Shown piece by piece: positions 1 to 10,091 of a stretch of 64,000 nucleotides of DNA. The notes beneath the pieces are model-generated. The model was not told where the DNA came from, did not search any database, and worked only from the letters and a program-made list of their open reading frames with translations. This stretch comes from an uncultured Gemmatimonadales bacterium (GTDB taxonomy: Bacteria > Gemmatimonadota > Gemmatimonadetes > Longimicrobiales > Gaopeijiaceae). The stretch is taken from NCBI GenBank assembly GCA_963809895.1, contig CAWELD010000010.1, positions 544,001 through 608,000 on the forward strand, given 5' to 3'. Numbering within the stretch: the stretch's first letter is position 1; every line of letters begins with the position of its first letter. A program made the translations under genes and the position numbers.

Positions 1-233
1 TCACCATGCCGGTCCTCATCCTGCAGGGCGAGCTGGATCCCATCGGGTCGACGCCCATCCAGGCGCACGAGTTCGAGGCTCTGGGCACCGGCGACAAGGA
101 GTGGGTGGTGTTGGGGGGATGCGATCACGCGGCGCTGCTGGAGCGTTGCCGGCCGCGCTTCCTGAGGGCGCTGGCGGGGTTCGTGGGCGAGGTGACGGGT
201 CCACGCAACTCCGAGGCGTCCGGCGGCGTCTAA
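1..233 (+). CDS. Alpha/beta hydrolase, C-terminal part (starts upstream of window)
   Basis: PVLILQGELD and GCDHAALLE resemble the catalytic Asp/His segments of the fold. Confidence 0.65.
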   Translation, partial: TMPVLILQGELDPIGSTPIQAHEFEALGTGDKEWVVLGGCDHAALLERCRPRFLRALAGFVGEVTGPRNSEASGGV

Positions 234-422
234 CGGATAGTCGCCACGGACGAAGGTCGTCGGCCGGCACGCGTCGGCGTCCACTCGTCGCCCGCCCTGG
301 AACGAAACCCTACGGGGGCGGAGTACGAAGGGATGAGGGACGAGGGTGTGGCGGGGCCGTCCAGGCCCCGAACGGAACGAGTGGGTCGCGGACCCCTGGG
401 GTGCCGCGACGGCGAGGGAGTC

Positions 423-812
423 ATGACGAAGCTGCTCATCGTGCTGCTGGGGATCAACCTGATCGCGCTGGTCGTGGTCTGGGTGCTCTATCGCAAGGCC
501 AAGAAGGCCCAGAAGAAGCGACGCGTCGAGGCTCCCAACTCGGAATACAAGTCCCGCTACGTCCTGGACGTGGAGTCCAAGGAGCGCTGGGAGCGCCTGG
601 ACCTCAATCGGCTGCACGAGGTCAACCGCGAAGAGGCCGAGAAGGTGCTGGCCAAGCTCAAGGCCACCAGCGTGCGGGCCCTCTCCACCCAGGAGCGGGC
701 CTTCCTGGACCGCATGGTCGAGGCCGAGCGGCGGACGCGTCGAACCGGCGCTCGGCGCCCCGATCGCTCCGGCGGACCCCAGACCCCGACGCCCGCGCCC
801 GGGACGTCCTGA
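423..812 (+). CDS. Small membrane-anchored protein with a C-terminal helical domain resembling DUF6576 (rhomboid-associated)
   Basis: ATG at 423 after GAGGGAG; N-terminal TM helix; LHEVNREEAEKVLAKL...LSTQERAFLDRM. Confidence 0.55.
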   Translation: MTKLLIVLLGINLIALVVVWVLYRKAKKAQKKRRVEAPNSEYKSRYVLDVESKERWERLDLNRLHEVNREEAEKVLAKLKATSVRALSTQERAFLDRMVEAERRTRRTGARRPDRSGGPQTPTPAPGTS

Positions 813-818
813 CCTCTC

Positions 819-1752
819 TCAGTCCTCCGCCGGGAAGCGCTCCGCCAGCGCCCACAGGTGCTCGTAGCGTTCCCGGCACACGCGCTTGGTCGTCTCCACG
901 TCCACCTGATCGTCCCTGAAGCGCCGCTGGCGCCGGAAGTACTCCATGGGATCGGTCCAGGTGGGCTCCTGGTTGATGCGCCAGCGGCGTCCGTCGAAGA
1001 CCTCGTAGAGCGGGAACAGTCCGCTGGACACGGCCGCGCGCACGAGCTCGACCGAGTCGCCGGGCTCCGACTTCCAGCCGGTGGGGCAGGGGGAGTGCAT
1101 GAGGAGGAAGCGCATCCCGCTCATGCCCAGCGCCGGTATCCAGCTTGCGCCGGAAATCCACGGGGTGGGCGATGGAGAGGGTGGCGGCGTAGGGGATCCC
1201 GTGCGCCGACATGATGCGCATGATGTCCTTCTTGGCCTCCTGCTTGCCGGAGGGCGTGGTGGTGGTGCGGGCGCCGGGAGGCGTGGCTGACGAGCGCTGG
1301 CCGCCGGTGTTGCCGTAGATCTCGTTGTCGTAGCAGATGTAGATGATGTTCTCGTTGCGCTCGGCGGCGGCGGACAGCGTCGCGAGCCCGATGTCGTAGG
1401 TCCCTCCGTCACCGGCCCAGCACACCACCTGTCCGCGCTCCTCGTTCAGGTCGCGGATGGCCGCCAGCCCCGATGCCACGGCGGCGGCCGAGGCGAAGGT
1501 GGTGGCCACGGTGGGCACCCCGTAGCTGGTGGTGGGAAACGCCCCGGCCGTGACCGCGCCGCAGCACGCCGGGATGGCCAGCGTGCACGTATCGCCGGCG
1601 TCGGCCAGCGCGCGGCCCAGCATGGTGAGACCCACGCTCATGCCGCAGCCGCCGCAGTTGGTGTTGCCGGCCCGGAGCAGGCACTCCTCGCTGCAGGGGA
1701 TGTCGGGCACGGTGCGGAAGGCGCCGGCGGGCGCCCGGGTCGCGGTGCTCAT
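819..1752 (-). CDS. porB: 2-oxoacid:acceptor oxidoreductase beta (TPP-binding) subunit, with an apparent single-base frameshift near 1133
   Basis: CGGCG, GDGGTYDIG and YDNEIYGNTGGQRS lie in one frame; the C-terminal HSPCPTGW...GLFPLYE continues in another frame. Confidence 0.85.
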
Positions 1753-2939
1753 GCGATCACCTCCTCGCGCTTCACGCCGGTCCAGACCGGCGGGCCCGCC
1801 TCCGTGCGGGCGGCCAGGTCGTCCAGGACGTTCTCCAGCAGGCCGGGCGTGACGTCGCCGCCGCCGATCCCTACCAGGTAGTTCTGGATGAGGGGCTGGT
1901 GGGGGTGTCCCTGGAAGCTGGCGCGCACGTCCTGCCACCACACGCCGCCCAGGCCGGCGGCGTAGTCCCGGTCCAGCACTCCGATCCGGCTGGCGCCGGC
2001 CAGCACGGTCCGCAACTCCTTTTCGGGGAAGGGCCGGAACATGCGGAGCGTCACGAGTCCCACCTTCTCGCCGCGCGCGCGGCGTTCGCGCACGACCTCG
2101 CGTGCCGTGGTGGCCACCGTCGCCGACGCCACGAGCACCGTGTCCGCGTCATGGGTCTCGAAGGTGGAGAGGACGCGGCCCGGGTCGCGCCCGAACACCT
2201 CGCGGAAGGCTTCTCGTGCCTCGTCGAATACGGCCGGCACGCGTTCGAAGGCTTCCTGGATCTCCAGGCGGAGCGACGCGGTGGCGTCGGGCCACACCAG
2301 CCCCCCCAGCGTGCGCGGATCGTCGTGGTCGAGGCGGTGGGGTAGATCCAGGTTCGGAAGGTAGGCGTCGACCTGGTCCTGCGTGGGCAGATCCGTCTCG
2401 GCCTGCGTGTGGGACACGATGAAGGCATCCATGCACACCAGGACCGGCAGCAGGATGCGGTGATCCTCCGCCAGGCGGAACGCCAGCAGCGTGGTGTCCA
2501 CCACCTCCTGGTTGTTCTCGCAGTAGAGCTGGATCCAGGGAAAGTCCCGGAGCATGAGCGTGTCGCCCTGATCCGCCCAGATGTTCCAGGGCGGTCCCAA
2601 CGTCCGGTTCACGGCCACCATGACCACCGGCAGCCGGTAGAAGCCCGCCACCATGATGTTCTCCACCATGTAGGCGAGGCCGTTGGACGAGCTGGCGGTG
2701 AAGGCGCGGGCGCCGGCCAGCGAGGCGCCCAGGGTGACCCCCATGGCGCTGTGCTCGCTCTCCACCGGGACGACCTTCCCCTTGCTGAAGGGAAACGCGG
2801 CCACGCGCTCCACGATCTCCGTCTGCGGCGTGATGGGGTAGATGCCGCACGCCATCCCCCGAGCTCTGCGATTGGCCTCTCCGGCCAGGCTCAGGGCATG
2901 GCCCGCGGCGTGGTTGCCGGTCACGACCTCCAGCGGCAT
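1749..2939 (-). CDS. porA: 2-oxoacid:acceptor oxidoreductase alpha subunit
   Basis: GIYPITPQTEI, ESEHSAM, FTASSSNGL and RMFRPFP motifs; ATGA overlap with the beta gene. Confidence 0.9.
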   Translation of the reverse strand: MPLEVVTGNHAAGHALSLAGEANRRARGMACGIYPITPQTEIVERVAAFPFSKGKVVPVESEHSAMGVTLGASLAGARAFTASSSNGLAYMVENIMVAGFYRLPVVMVAVNRTLGPPWNIWADQGDTLMLRDFPWIQLYCENNQEVVDTTLLAFRLAEDHRILLPVLVCMDAFIVSHTQAETDLPTQDQVDAYLPNLDLPHRLDHDDPRTLGGLVWPDATASLRLEIQEAFERVPAVFDEAREAFREVFGRDPGRVLSTFETHDADTVLVASATVATTAREVVRERRARGEKVGLVTLRMFRPFPEKELRTVLAGASRIGVLDRDYAAGLGGVWWQDVRASFQGHPHQPLIQNYLVGIGGGDVTPGLLENVLDDLAARTEAGPPVWTGVKREEVIA

Positions 2940-2994
2940 GGGTCCCTCCTCTATGCTCTGGGAAGCCGGCGAAGGCTCCCGGACGCTCGATGGA

Positions 2995-5244
2995 TCACAG
3001 ATGGCTCATGAAGACCACGTTGCGAGGGCACTCCGTGACGCAGATGCCACAGCCCTTGCAGTAGGCGTAGTCGAAGACCAGGTCGTGCCCCACGCGCTTG
3101 AGCACGCCTTCGGGGCAGTAGGTCACGCACAGGTCGCACTCGTTGCACACGCCGCAGGACAGGCAGCGGCGCGCCTCGCTGGGGTCCGTGAGGCCCCGGT
3201 GGACCTCCTCGAAGGTGGTGCGGCGCAGGTCCGGGGCGAGGGCGTCGGCGTGGACCGCGGGCTGACGCTCGAACAGATGCATGCGCAGGGCGTCGGGCTT
3301 GATGACCTCGTCGCGCCAGACCTCCACGTCGGAGCGCACACGTCCGGCGTCGCCCTCGGGCGCCACCTCACCGGTGAAGGTCTGGTGGATGTGGAGCGCT
3401 GCCCGCCGCCCGCTGCCGATGGCCCCGGCCACGGTACCGTCGCCGGTGGCCAGGTCCCCCACGGCGAAGACCGGCGTCTCCAGCAATCCCAGGAGCTCGG
3501 CCTTCTCACGCACCTCGGTGCCCTCCGGAAAGACGCTCAGGTCGGGGGATTGCCCCAGCGCCAGGATCACCCGTGTGCAGGGGATCTCGAAGTCCGAGTC
3601 CGGGAGCTCCACCGGACGCCGGCGCCCCGAGGCGTCGGGCTCGCCCAACTCCATGCGGCGGCACAGCAGGCCGTGGCCCGCGCCGTCGCCGTCGGCCTGC
3701 GCCACGGCCTGGAGCATGATCGGTTGCGTCAGGTAGTCCAGCACGATGCCCTCTTCCAGCGCTTCGTCGATCTCTTCGGCGATGGCGGGCATCTCTTCGC
3801 GGGTGCGACGGTAGACGACGCGCACGCTGGCGGCTCCGGTGCGGAGGGCCACCCGGGCGGCGTCCATGGCGGTGTTGCCGCCGCCCACCACGACCACCTC
3901 CTCGCCGTCGACGCGCACGCCGCCCTGGCGGGCCCGGTCCAGGAAGTCGATGCCCTGGAGCACGGTCTCCGAGTCGCCCACGCCCAGGCGCAGGCTGCGG
4001 AGCTCCTGCAGGCCCGTGGCCACCAGCACGGCATCGTAGGAGCGACCCAGCTCGAGCAGGCGGGCGCGATCCACCGGCTGGCCGGTGACGGCCTCGACCC
4101 CGAGGGCCAGGACGCGTCCGACCTCACGGTCCACCACCTCGTCGGGGAGGCGGAAGCCCGGGATGCCGCTGCGCAGCAGTCCGCCCAGCTCGGGACCGGA
4201 CTCGTAGACGGTGACCCCGTAGCCGAATCGGGCCAGGTGGTAGGCGGCGGTGAGGCCCGCCGGTCCCGAGCCCACCACGGCGACCCGTTCGGGCCGGGGC
4301 TCCGTGCGGACCGGCTCGGCATGGCCGTGGTCGCCGGCGTAACGCTCGAGTTGACGCACGTTGACGGCGCCGTCGAGCTGGATGCGGTTGCACGACGCCA
4401 TGCACGGCGCCGGACACACCCGGCCGCACACGGCGGGGAACGGTGAGGTGCGCAGCAGGATCTCCAGGGCGTCGTCGGGCCGGTCGTCGGCCAGGGCGTG
4501 CAGGAAGCCCTGCACGTCGTTGCCGGCGGGGCAGACGTGGTTGCAAGGCGGCACGTACTGCTGGCGGCGCGGCTGCTCCGTGGCCCACTGCCCCGTACGA
4601 ATGGCCGGCGCTGCGCCCCCGGCCCCGTCGAGGAAGCCCGGGAGCCTGGCGGGCGGCTCGGGACGCGGGTGGGAGACCTTCCGCTCCGCAGGGGTGTGCG
4701 GCGCCCCCAGGAGTACTGCGTGGAAGGCCTCCCGAGCCGCCTCTACGTTGCCGCCGCCGAAGCCCAGGTGCTCCAGCGCCGCCAGCATCTCGTCCAGGGG
4801 AAAGTCCAGCAGACGTGCCACCGCACCCGCCAGCGCGGTGTTGACGATGGGCACGCTGCGGGTCCCCAGCTTGTGACGGAGCGCCAGCGCGGTGCCGTCC
4901 ACCGTGGCGATGCGCGCCGTGGGGAACGACGACGCCAGCGACGCGGGCGGCGCATCGGTGTTGAGCAGGATCCAGCCCCCGGGCACCAGGCCCGTGGCCA
5001 CCGTCGGCCCCACCAGGGTGGCGTCCAGCACCACCACGTGGTCGGGCTCGTAGATCAGGTTGCGGTCGGTGATGGGGTCGTCGGAGAACCTGCAGAAGGC
5101 CTGGATCGGGGCGCCGGAGCGTTCGGCGGCGTAGAGCCCGAAGGCCTGAACGGATTGTCCGCGGAGAAAGCGGGAGGTGGCGATGAGTTTCGCCAGGGTC
5201 ACACCGCCCTGGCCTCCGCGTCCGTGGATCCGGATTTCGACCAT
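2995..5244 (-). CDS. Fusion of oxidoreductase gamma subunit, GltD/NfnB-like FAD/NAD(P) Fe-S oxidoreductase and 2x[4Fe-4S] delta domain
   Basis: EIRIHGRGGQG (gamma); PCNHVCPAG, CGRVCPAPC, GSGPAG, GGGNTAMD (GltD-like); CLSCGVCNECDLC and CKGCGICVTECP. Confidence 0.85.
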   Translation of the reverse strand: MVEIRIHGRGGQGGVTLAKLIATSRFLRGQSVQAFGLYAAERSGAPIQAFCRFSDDPITDRNLIYEPDHVVVLDATLVGPTVATGLVPGGWILLNTDAPPASLASSFPTARIATVDGTALALRHKLGTRSVPIVNTALAGAVARLLDFPLDEMLAALEHLGFGGGNVEAAREAFHAVLLGAPHTPAERKVSHPRPEPPARLPGFLDGAGGAAPAIRTGQWATEQPRRQQYVPPCNHVCPAGNDVQGFLHALADDRPDDALEILLRTSPFPAVCGRVCPAPCMASCNRIQLDGAVNVRQLERYAGDHGHAEPVRTEPRPERVAVVGSGPAGLTAAYHLARFGYGVTVYESGPELGGLLRSGIPGFRLPDEVVDREVGRVLALGVEAVTGQPVDRARLLELGRSYDAVLVATGLQELRSLRLGVGDSETVLQGIDFLDRARQGGVRVDGEEVVVVGGGNTAMDAARVALRTGAASVRVVYRRTREEMPAIAEEIDEALEEGIVLDYLTQPIMLQAVAQADGDGAGHGLLCRRMELGEPDASGRRRPVELPDSDFEIPCTRVILALGQSPDLSVFPEGTEVREKAELLGLLETPVFAVGDLATGDGTVAGAIGSGRRAALHIHQTFTGEVAPEGDAGRVRSDVEVWRDEVIKPDALRMHLFERQPAVHADALAPDLRRTTFEEVHRGLTDPSEARRCLSCGVCNECDLCVTYCPEGVLKRVGHDLVFDYAYCKGCGICVTECPRNVVFMSHL

Positions 5245-5365
5245 GAGTTCCCTCCTCGGGCGGGGAGGGAAGGCCGGGAGGGAGGCCGGAGGAGCCCGAG
5301 CGTCAGTGGTGAATCGCTATTCGAAGATGGGGCATCCGGCCCTCGGTGGAAACAGGCTTGATCGT

Positions 5366-5839
5366 TCAGCCGCCGGCCCGTCGCCACACCATGGCTCCCC
5401 CGGTGAGCGTAAGGTACACGGCCAGTGCGAGATGGCCGCGGCCGAGGAGCTCCGTGCGGGCGCTGACCAGCAGGTCCGGCGGAAAGAGACCCGGCGGAGC
5501 CGCCACCGCCCGGAGCCAGGCCAGCAGGAGGTTCATGGTCACGATCGCGGCGATCCCCAGCGCCAGGTGGAGCGTCACGGGACGAACGATGTCGGCGCGG
5601 GTCAGAGGCCAGCGAGCGGCTGCCCACAGCGCCACCAGAGTGGCGGGAATCCACGGCAGGGCGTTGAGGAGCTGAAGCCGGACGAGCAGCGGAAAGGGGA
5701 GAGGAGCCTGTCCGGCGCCACCGGCCAGGTGGATGCGCGCCGCCGAGATCAGCGCCACGGTGATCCAGGCCGCGGTGAGGGCCAGGGCGCCTCGCCAGGG
5801 GAAGCCGGTGGGACGCGGGGAGGAGTCGGGGGTGACCAT
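5366..5839 (-). CDS. Multi-pass membrane protein resembling the sensor part of LytS/YehU-type kinases, with no kinase domain
   Basis: Four hydrophobic segments; WIPATLVALWAAARWPL...HLALG pattern. Confidence 0.45.
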   Translation of the reverse strand: MVTPDSSPRPTGFPWRGALALTAAWITVALISAARIHLAGGAGQAPLPFPLLVRLQLLNALPWIPATLVALWAAARWPLTRADIVRPVTLHLALGIAAIVTMNLLLAWLRAVAAPPGLFPPDLLVSARTELLGRGHLALAVYLTLTGGAMVWRRAGG

Positions 5840-5993
5840 GGCCCGGATTCTGGCGTGTGGGCCGTGGTGCGCCAAGGTCGGTGCACGCGGCGGGGCCGCT
5901 GAGCCGGACGGAGCCTGTCCCCCGACAACGACCGCGCGGGCGACCGTACCTCCGGCCGCCCGCGCGTCTCCGTCCGAGCCGTCGCGAGGCGCG

Positions 5994-6497
5994 TCAGCGC
6001 ATGTTCGGCGGCAGCAGGACCTTGTTGATGACGTGGATGACACCGTTGGACGCCTGCACGTCGGCGGCCACCACCTTCGCGTCGTTGATCATGACGCTGC
6101 CGTCATGGGTCATGATGTCGATGGAGGCGCCGTTCACCGTCTTGGCCTCGGACAGCTTCACCACCTGGCCCGACATGACCTCACCGGGCACGACGTGATA
6201 GGTCAGGACGGCGGTGAGCTTCTCCTTGTCGGCCAGCAGCGCGTCGAGGGTTCCGGCCGGAAGCGCGGCGAACGCCTCGTCGGTGGGCGCGAAGACGGTG
6301 AAGGGACCGTCGCCCTTGAGGACGTCGACCAGCCCGGCGGCCTGCAGCGCCGTGGCGAGGGTGCTGAAGTTGCCGGCGGCCACGGCCGTGTCGACGATGT
6401 CCTTGTCGTTGTTGGCCATCTGGGCCGACGCGGCTGCGGGAACGAGCGCCAGAAGGGCCAGCGCGGCGCCCATGGCGAAGCGATGTGAGCGAGTCAT
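5994..6497 (-). CDS. Secreted fasciclin (FAS1) domain protein
   Basis: Signal peptide; [19 protein letters not shown] and [13 protein letters not shown]. Confidence 0.95.
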   Translation of the reverse strand: MTRSHRFAMGAALALLALVPAAASAQMANNDKDIVDTAVAAGNFSTLATALQAAGLVDVLKGDGPFTVFAPTDEAFAALPAGTLDALLADKEKLTAVLTYHVVPGEVMSGQVVKLSEAKTVNGASIDIMTHDGSVMINDAKVVAADVQASNGVIHVINKVLLPPNMR

Positions 6498-6541
6498 GAC
6501 AGCTCTCCGGATGAGGTGTGGAAGGTGCCGCAAGGCACCAC

Positions 6542-6640
6542 TTGTACAGCGAATGTGCAACTATGGTAGTGACGTTCTTGGAGGATGTCAAGGGTTTGTG
6601 CAATGTTTAGTTTGACGTGAGTTGTACAGACCCCTAGCTT
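6542..6640. promoter_or_regulatory. Divergent sigma70-type promoters overlapped by a putative CarH operator
   Basis: Minus strand: TTGACA (6591-6586), 17 bp, TACCAT (6568-6563). Plus strand: TTGACG (6612-6617), 17 bp, TAGCTT (6635-6640). WTGTRCA-like repeats at 6542, 6553, 6585, 6596 and 6622. Confidence 0.7.
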
Positions 6641-6647
6641 CTCAGTC

Positions 6648-7604
6648 ATGAACCCGACCCGAATCAGCAACGACCGCAGCGAGCCGCGGCATCCCATCCG
6701 CGTCGTCACCGCCCGAACGGGCCTCACCGCCTCCGCCTTGCGGGCCTGGGAGCGCCGCTACGGCGCCGTGGAGCCTGGACGGAGCGAGGGAGGCCAGCGG
6801 CTCTATTCCGATGCCGACGTGGAGCGCCTTCGTCTCCTGAAGAGCGCCACGGACGCCGGCCGCGCCATCAGCCAGGTGGCGGAACTGGAGGACGACGCTC
6901 TGCGGGAGATGGTGGCGGAGGATCGCCGGTCCCGCCCGCCCCACCCTCCGGACGAGCGTCCTGAGCCGACCTCCCGGGCGGTGACCCTCGTCGAGGCGGC
7001 GCTGCGGGCCGTCGAGGAGCTCGATGCCGAGTCCCTCGAATCGGAGCTTCGGCGCGGCGTGGTGACGTTGGGAGCGCGGACGTTCACGGACGAGTTGGTG
7101 GCGCCGTTGCTGCGCGAGATCGGCGCTCGCTGGAGTCGGGGCGACCTGCGCCCGGCGCACGAGCACGTGGCCAGCGCGGTGGTGGAGCGGGTGCTGGGTT
7201 GGATGCTGGACTCGGCCCGGGCCGAAGGCGCCGCCCCGGTGGCGCTCATCGGCACGCTTCCCGGAGAGGAGCACGGCCTGGGGGCGTTGCTGGCCGCGGC
7301 CACCGCGGCGTTGGAGGGATGGCGCGTGACCCTCCTGGGGCGGGATCTTCCGCCGCAGGACATCGGTCTGGCCGCTCGACGGCTACAGGCTCGGGTCGTC
7401 GGGTTGAGCGTGGTGAATCCCCCCGCACCGCGAGTGCTGGAGACGCAGATCCGCGAGCTGCTGGGCGAGCTGCCCCCGGGCACCGTGGTGGTGGCGGGAG
7501 GGCGTGCGGCGGGGTCGATCGCCATCGGCGATGACGGGCTCAGGCTTCGCACCACCGACACCCTGGCGGCCTTCCGTGCCCTCCTGGCCGAGCTCGCCGG
7601 ATGA
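6648..7604 (+). CDS. carH: MerR-family B12-binding regulator (CarH/LitR-type photoreceptor)
   Basis: LRAWERRYG MerR HTH; W-x9-EH (WSRGDLRPAHEH); ExHxxG (GEEHGLG). Confidence 0.85.
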   Translation: MNPTRISNDRSEPRHPIRVVTARTGLTASALRAWERRYGAVEPGRSEGGQRLYSDADVERLRLLKSATDAGRAISQVAELEDDALREMVAEDRRSRPPHPPDERPEPTSRAVTLVEAALRAVEELDAESLESELRRGVVTLGARTFTDELVAPLLREIGARWSRGDLRPAHEHVASAVVERVLGWMLDSARAEGAAPVALIGTLPGEEHGLGALLAAATAALEGWRVTLLGRDLPPQDIGLAARRLQARVVGLSVVNPPAPRVLETQIRELLGELPPGTVVVAGGRAAGSIAIGDDGLRLRTTDTLAAFRALLAELAG

Positions 7605-8845
7605 GCAACCTGCTCATGCTCCTGGGTCTGGCCGCGGGGTTGGCGCTCGGGCTGGCGGCGTCGATCACAGGCTCACCGGCACTTCACGCCGTGGCTTCGG
7701 GGGTCGCGCCCCTGGGCGATGTCTTCATCCGCGGGCTTCAGATGGTGGTGATCCCCCTGGTCATGGCCGTCGTGTTCACGGGCGTGGCGCGTCTGGGCGA
7801 CACGCGCAAGCTGGGTCGTGTGGGTGGCACGGCGCTGGGCTTCATCTGGCTCACCACCCTCCCCGCTGTGGTGATGGGCATGCTGGCCATGCATCTGGTG
7901 CTGGGCTTCGTGCCCCCGGTACCGGTTCCCGCCACCCCCGGCGCGGCGGAAATCGCACAGGTTCCCGGTATCGTCGACTTCATCGTGGGCCTCATCCCCC
8001 GCAATCCCTTCGCCGCGGCCGCCGACGGGCGGCTCCTGCCGCTCCTTGTGTTCGCGGTGCTGTTCGGCGCCGCGGCGGGCGCCCTGCCGGAGGCTCAGCG
8101 CGAGCGGCTGGTGGAACTGGTGGACGCCGTCGGTGACGCCTTCATCAAGCTGGTGATGTGGATCCTGTGGATCGCGCCGGTGGGGATCTTCGGCCTGACC
8201 GCCCCTGCCACGGCCCGCATGGGTCTGGGGCTGTTGGAGTCGCTGGCCGCGTTCGTGGTCACGGTGGTGGTGACGTTGTTCGTCTTCATGGCGCTGATCT
8301 ATCTGCCCACCGTGGCGCTACTGGGCGGCGTCCGGCCCGGCCGCTTCATCCGCGGCACCCTGGCCAGCTACACCATGGGATTCACCACCACGAGCAGCGT
8401 GGCGACGCTGCCGGTTCTGCTCCGCGACGCGCCGGAGCTCGGCGTGTCGGAGTCGGTGGCGGACCTGGTGCTACCGCTGGCCGCGGCGCTCAACCGTGCC
8501 GGGAGCGGGCTGTTCCAGGGCGCGTCGGTGGTCTTCGTGGCGTGGCTCTACGGTATACAGGTCCCGGGCGGCGCCTGGATGGGCGCGGTGGTCGCCTGCT
8601 TCTTCGCCGCCGCCACGGTGGCACCGATTCCCAGCGCCAGCGTCATGACCCTGGCGCCTGCGCTGAACGCCGTGGGCGCTCCCCTGGCGGGCCTGGGGAT
8701 TCTTCTGGCCGTGGATCGCGTGCCGGACATGTTCCGGAGCGCCACGAATCAGACCGGCCACATGGCCGCTGCGGTCGTGACCCAGGGGCGGGTGGGGGAG
8801 CCCGCGCACCCGGCTCAGAAGCGCCAGCCGACTCCCGCGGCGTAG
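7601..8845 (+). CDS. Dicarboxylate/amino acid:cation symporter (DAACS family)
   Basis: FTTTSSVATLP and AVDRVPDMFRSATN motifs; many TM helices. Confidence 0.9.
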   Translation: MSNLLMLLGLAAGLALGLAASITGSPALHAVASGVAPLGDVFIRGLQMVVIPLVMAVVFTGVARLGDTRKLGRVGGTALGFIWLTTLPAVVMGMLAMHLVLGFVPPVPVPATPGAAEIAQVPGIVDFIVGLIPRNPFAAAADGRLLPLLVFAVLFGAAAGALPEAQRERLVELVDAVGDAFIKLVMWILWIAPVGIFGLTAPATARMGLGLLESLAAFVVTVVVTLFVFMALIYLPTVALLGGVRPGRFIRGTLASYTMGFTTTSSVATLPVLLRDAPELGVSESVADLVLPLAAALNRAGSGLFQGASVVFVAWLYGIQVPGGAWMGAVVACFFAAATVAPIPSASVMTLAPALNAVGAPLAGLGILLAVDRVPDMFRSATNQTGHMAAAVVTQGRVGEPAHPAQKRQPTPAA

Positions 8846-9363
8846 AGGGTCTGCGAGGCATCGAAGCCGTCGTACCAGCGGTGGCGAACCTCACCTCGAA
8901 GCAGGAGGTGGGGGATGACCTCGACGCGGAGCCCGGCGTGGCCGCCGTAGAGCGCGGACACGAAGTCCGCATCGGCCGGGCGGTCGTCGGCGAAATTGAA
9001 GGTGGTCCCGAGGTTGCCCCCGGCATACGGGACGAAGCGCCCGAAGGCCCACTCCGCGTGCATGGCGAAGTCCACGGTCCAGCGGATCTGGTCCACTTCG
9101 TCGGGATCCGTCCACGTCGCATGCTCCACCCCGGGTTCCAGGGTGAAGATCCGTGACAGGGGCAACTCGAACCGGAGTCCCACCACCGCCGCATTGTCGA
9201 CGCTGATGCTGTCGATCCCGTTGTCGAAGGACATGGTGCCACCGATCAGGGAGAGCGCCGGATTCGGCAAGGGCGAATCCTGGGCCACGAGGCCTCCCGC
9301 ATCACTCGCGAGGATCATCCCCGCCGTCACCACCACCCATCCCCATCCACGCGTGAGCCTCAT
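8815..9363 (-). CDS. Small outer-membrane beta-barrel protein
   Basis: Signal peptide, alternating strands (FVPYAGGNLG), C-terminal GVGWRF. Confidence 0.75.
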   Translation of the reverse strand: MRLTRGWGWVVVTAGMILASDAGGLVAQDSPLPNPALSLIGGTMSFDNGIDSISVDNAAVVGLRFELPLSRIFTLEPGVEHATWTDPDEVDQIRWTVDFAMHAEWAFGRFVPYAGGNLGTTFNFADDRPADADFVSALYGGHAGLRVEVIPHLLLRGEVRHRWYDGFDASQTLYAAGVGWRF

Positions 9364-9454
9364 CGTCCGGGAACCTCCGTTCGTGCTGTTGGTGTCGTGG
9401 ATCGGCGCGCCGGCGCGAGCGTGCGGCGACCGTCCGATCGGCGTCCATTGAACG

Positions 9455-9943
9455 CTACATGGTAGAGCTTCGCAGCAGGATTCGCTCGATGGCCCGCTGG
9501 CGGAACCGGAAGATACGGCCGAGCTGCAGCCGCACCACGGGCAGGGCCACCTCGCCCAACGGCCAGGCCGGCAGGCGAAAACGAACGCGATCCTCCATGC
9601 GCGTGCCGCCCTCCACGGGACTGAAGGTGTGCGTATGCACCCAGGTATGGTAGGGCCCTCGGATCTGTTCGTCCGTGAAGCTCATGGGCGGATTCCAGGC
9701 CGAGATGCGCGTGCGCCAGGTGAAGGGGACGCCGAAGAGCCGCAGCCGATAGTCGATCAGGCGGCCCTCGTGGACGTCCACCGGGAGGGGCGTGACGATA
9801 CGGAAGGCGAGCTCGGGCGGGGTGATGCGCTCCAGGTTCTCCGCGGCCGCGAAGAACGGAAAGACCTCGTCGATGGCCAGAGGCAGCACGGTCTCGGTGC
9901 GCAGCAGGTGCTGGCCGCGGTCGAGTCGCTCGAAGGTGATCAT
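9455..9943 (-). CDS. SRPBCC family protein
   Basis: FFAAAENLERITPP and FTDEQIRGPYHTWVHTHTF. Confidence 0.85.
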   Translation of the reverse strand: MITFERLDRGQHLLRTETVLPLAIDEVFPFFAAAENLERITPPELAFRIVTPLPVDVHEGRLIDYRLRLFGVPFTWRTRISAWNPPMSFTDEQIRGPYHTWVHTHTFSPVEGGTRMEDRVRFRLPAWPLGEVALPVVRLQLGRIFRFRQRAIERILLRSSTM

Positions 9944-10091
9944 GGGCTGCAGAACCCAGCGTCCAGGGAATGGGTTCCAGGACCTCGTGGATTGCGGCGT
10001 TTTCGCCGGTGGGGTGACGACCGTACTTTGCGGTCCGGGTCGCTCCCTGGGCGGCCGGAGCTCATCCATCCATCGCGGCGGAGCTTACACG

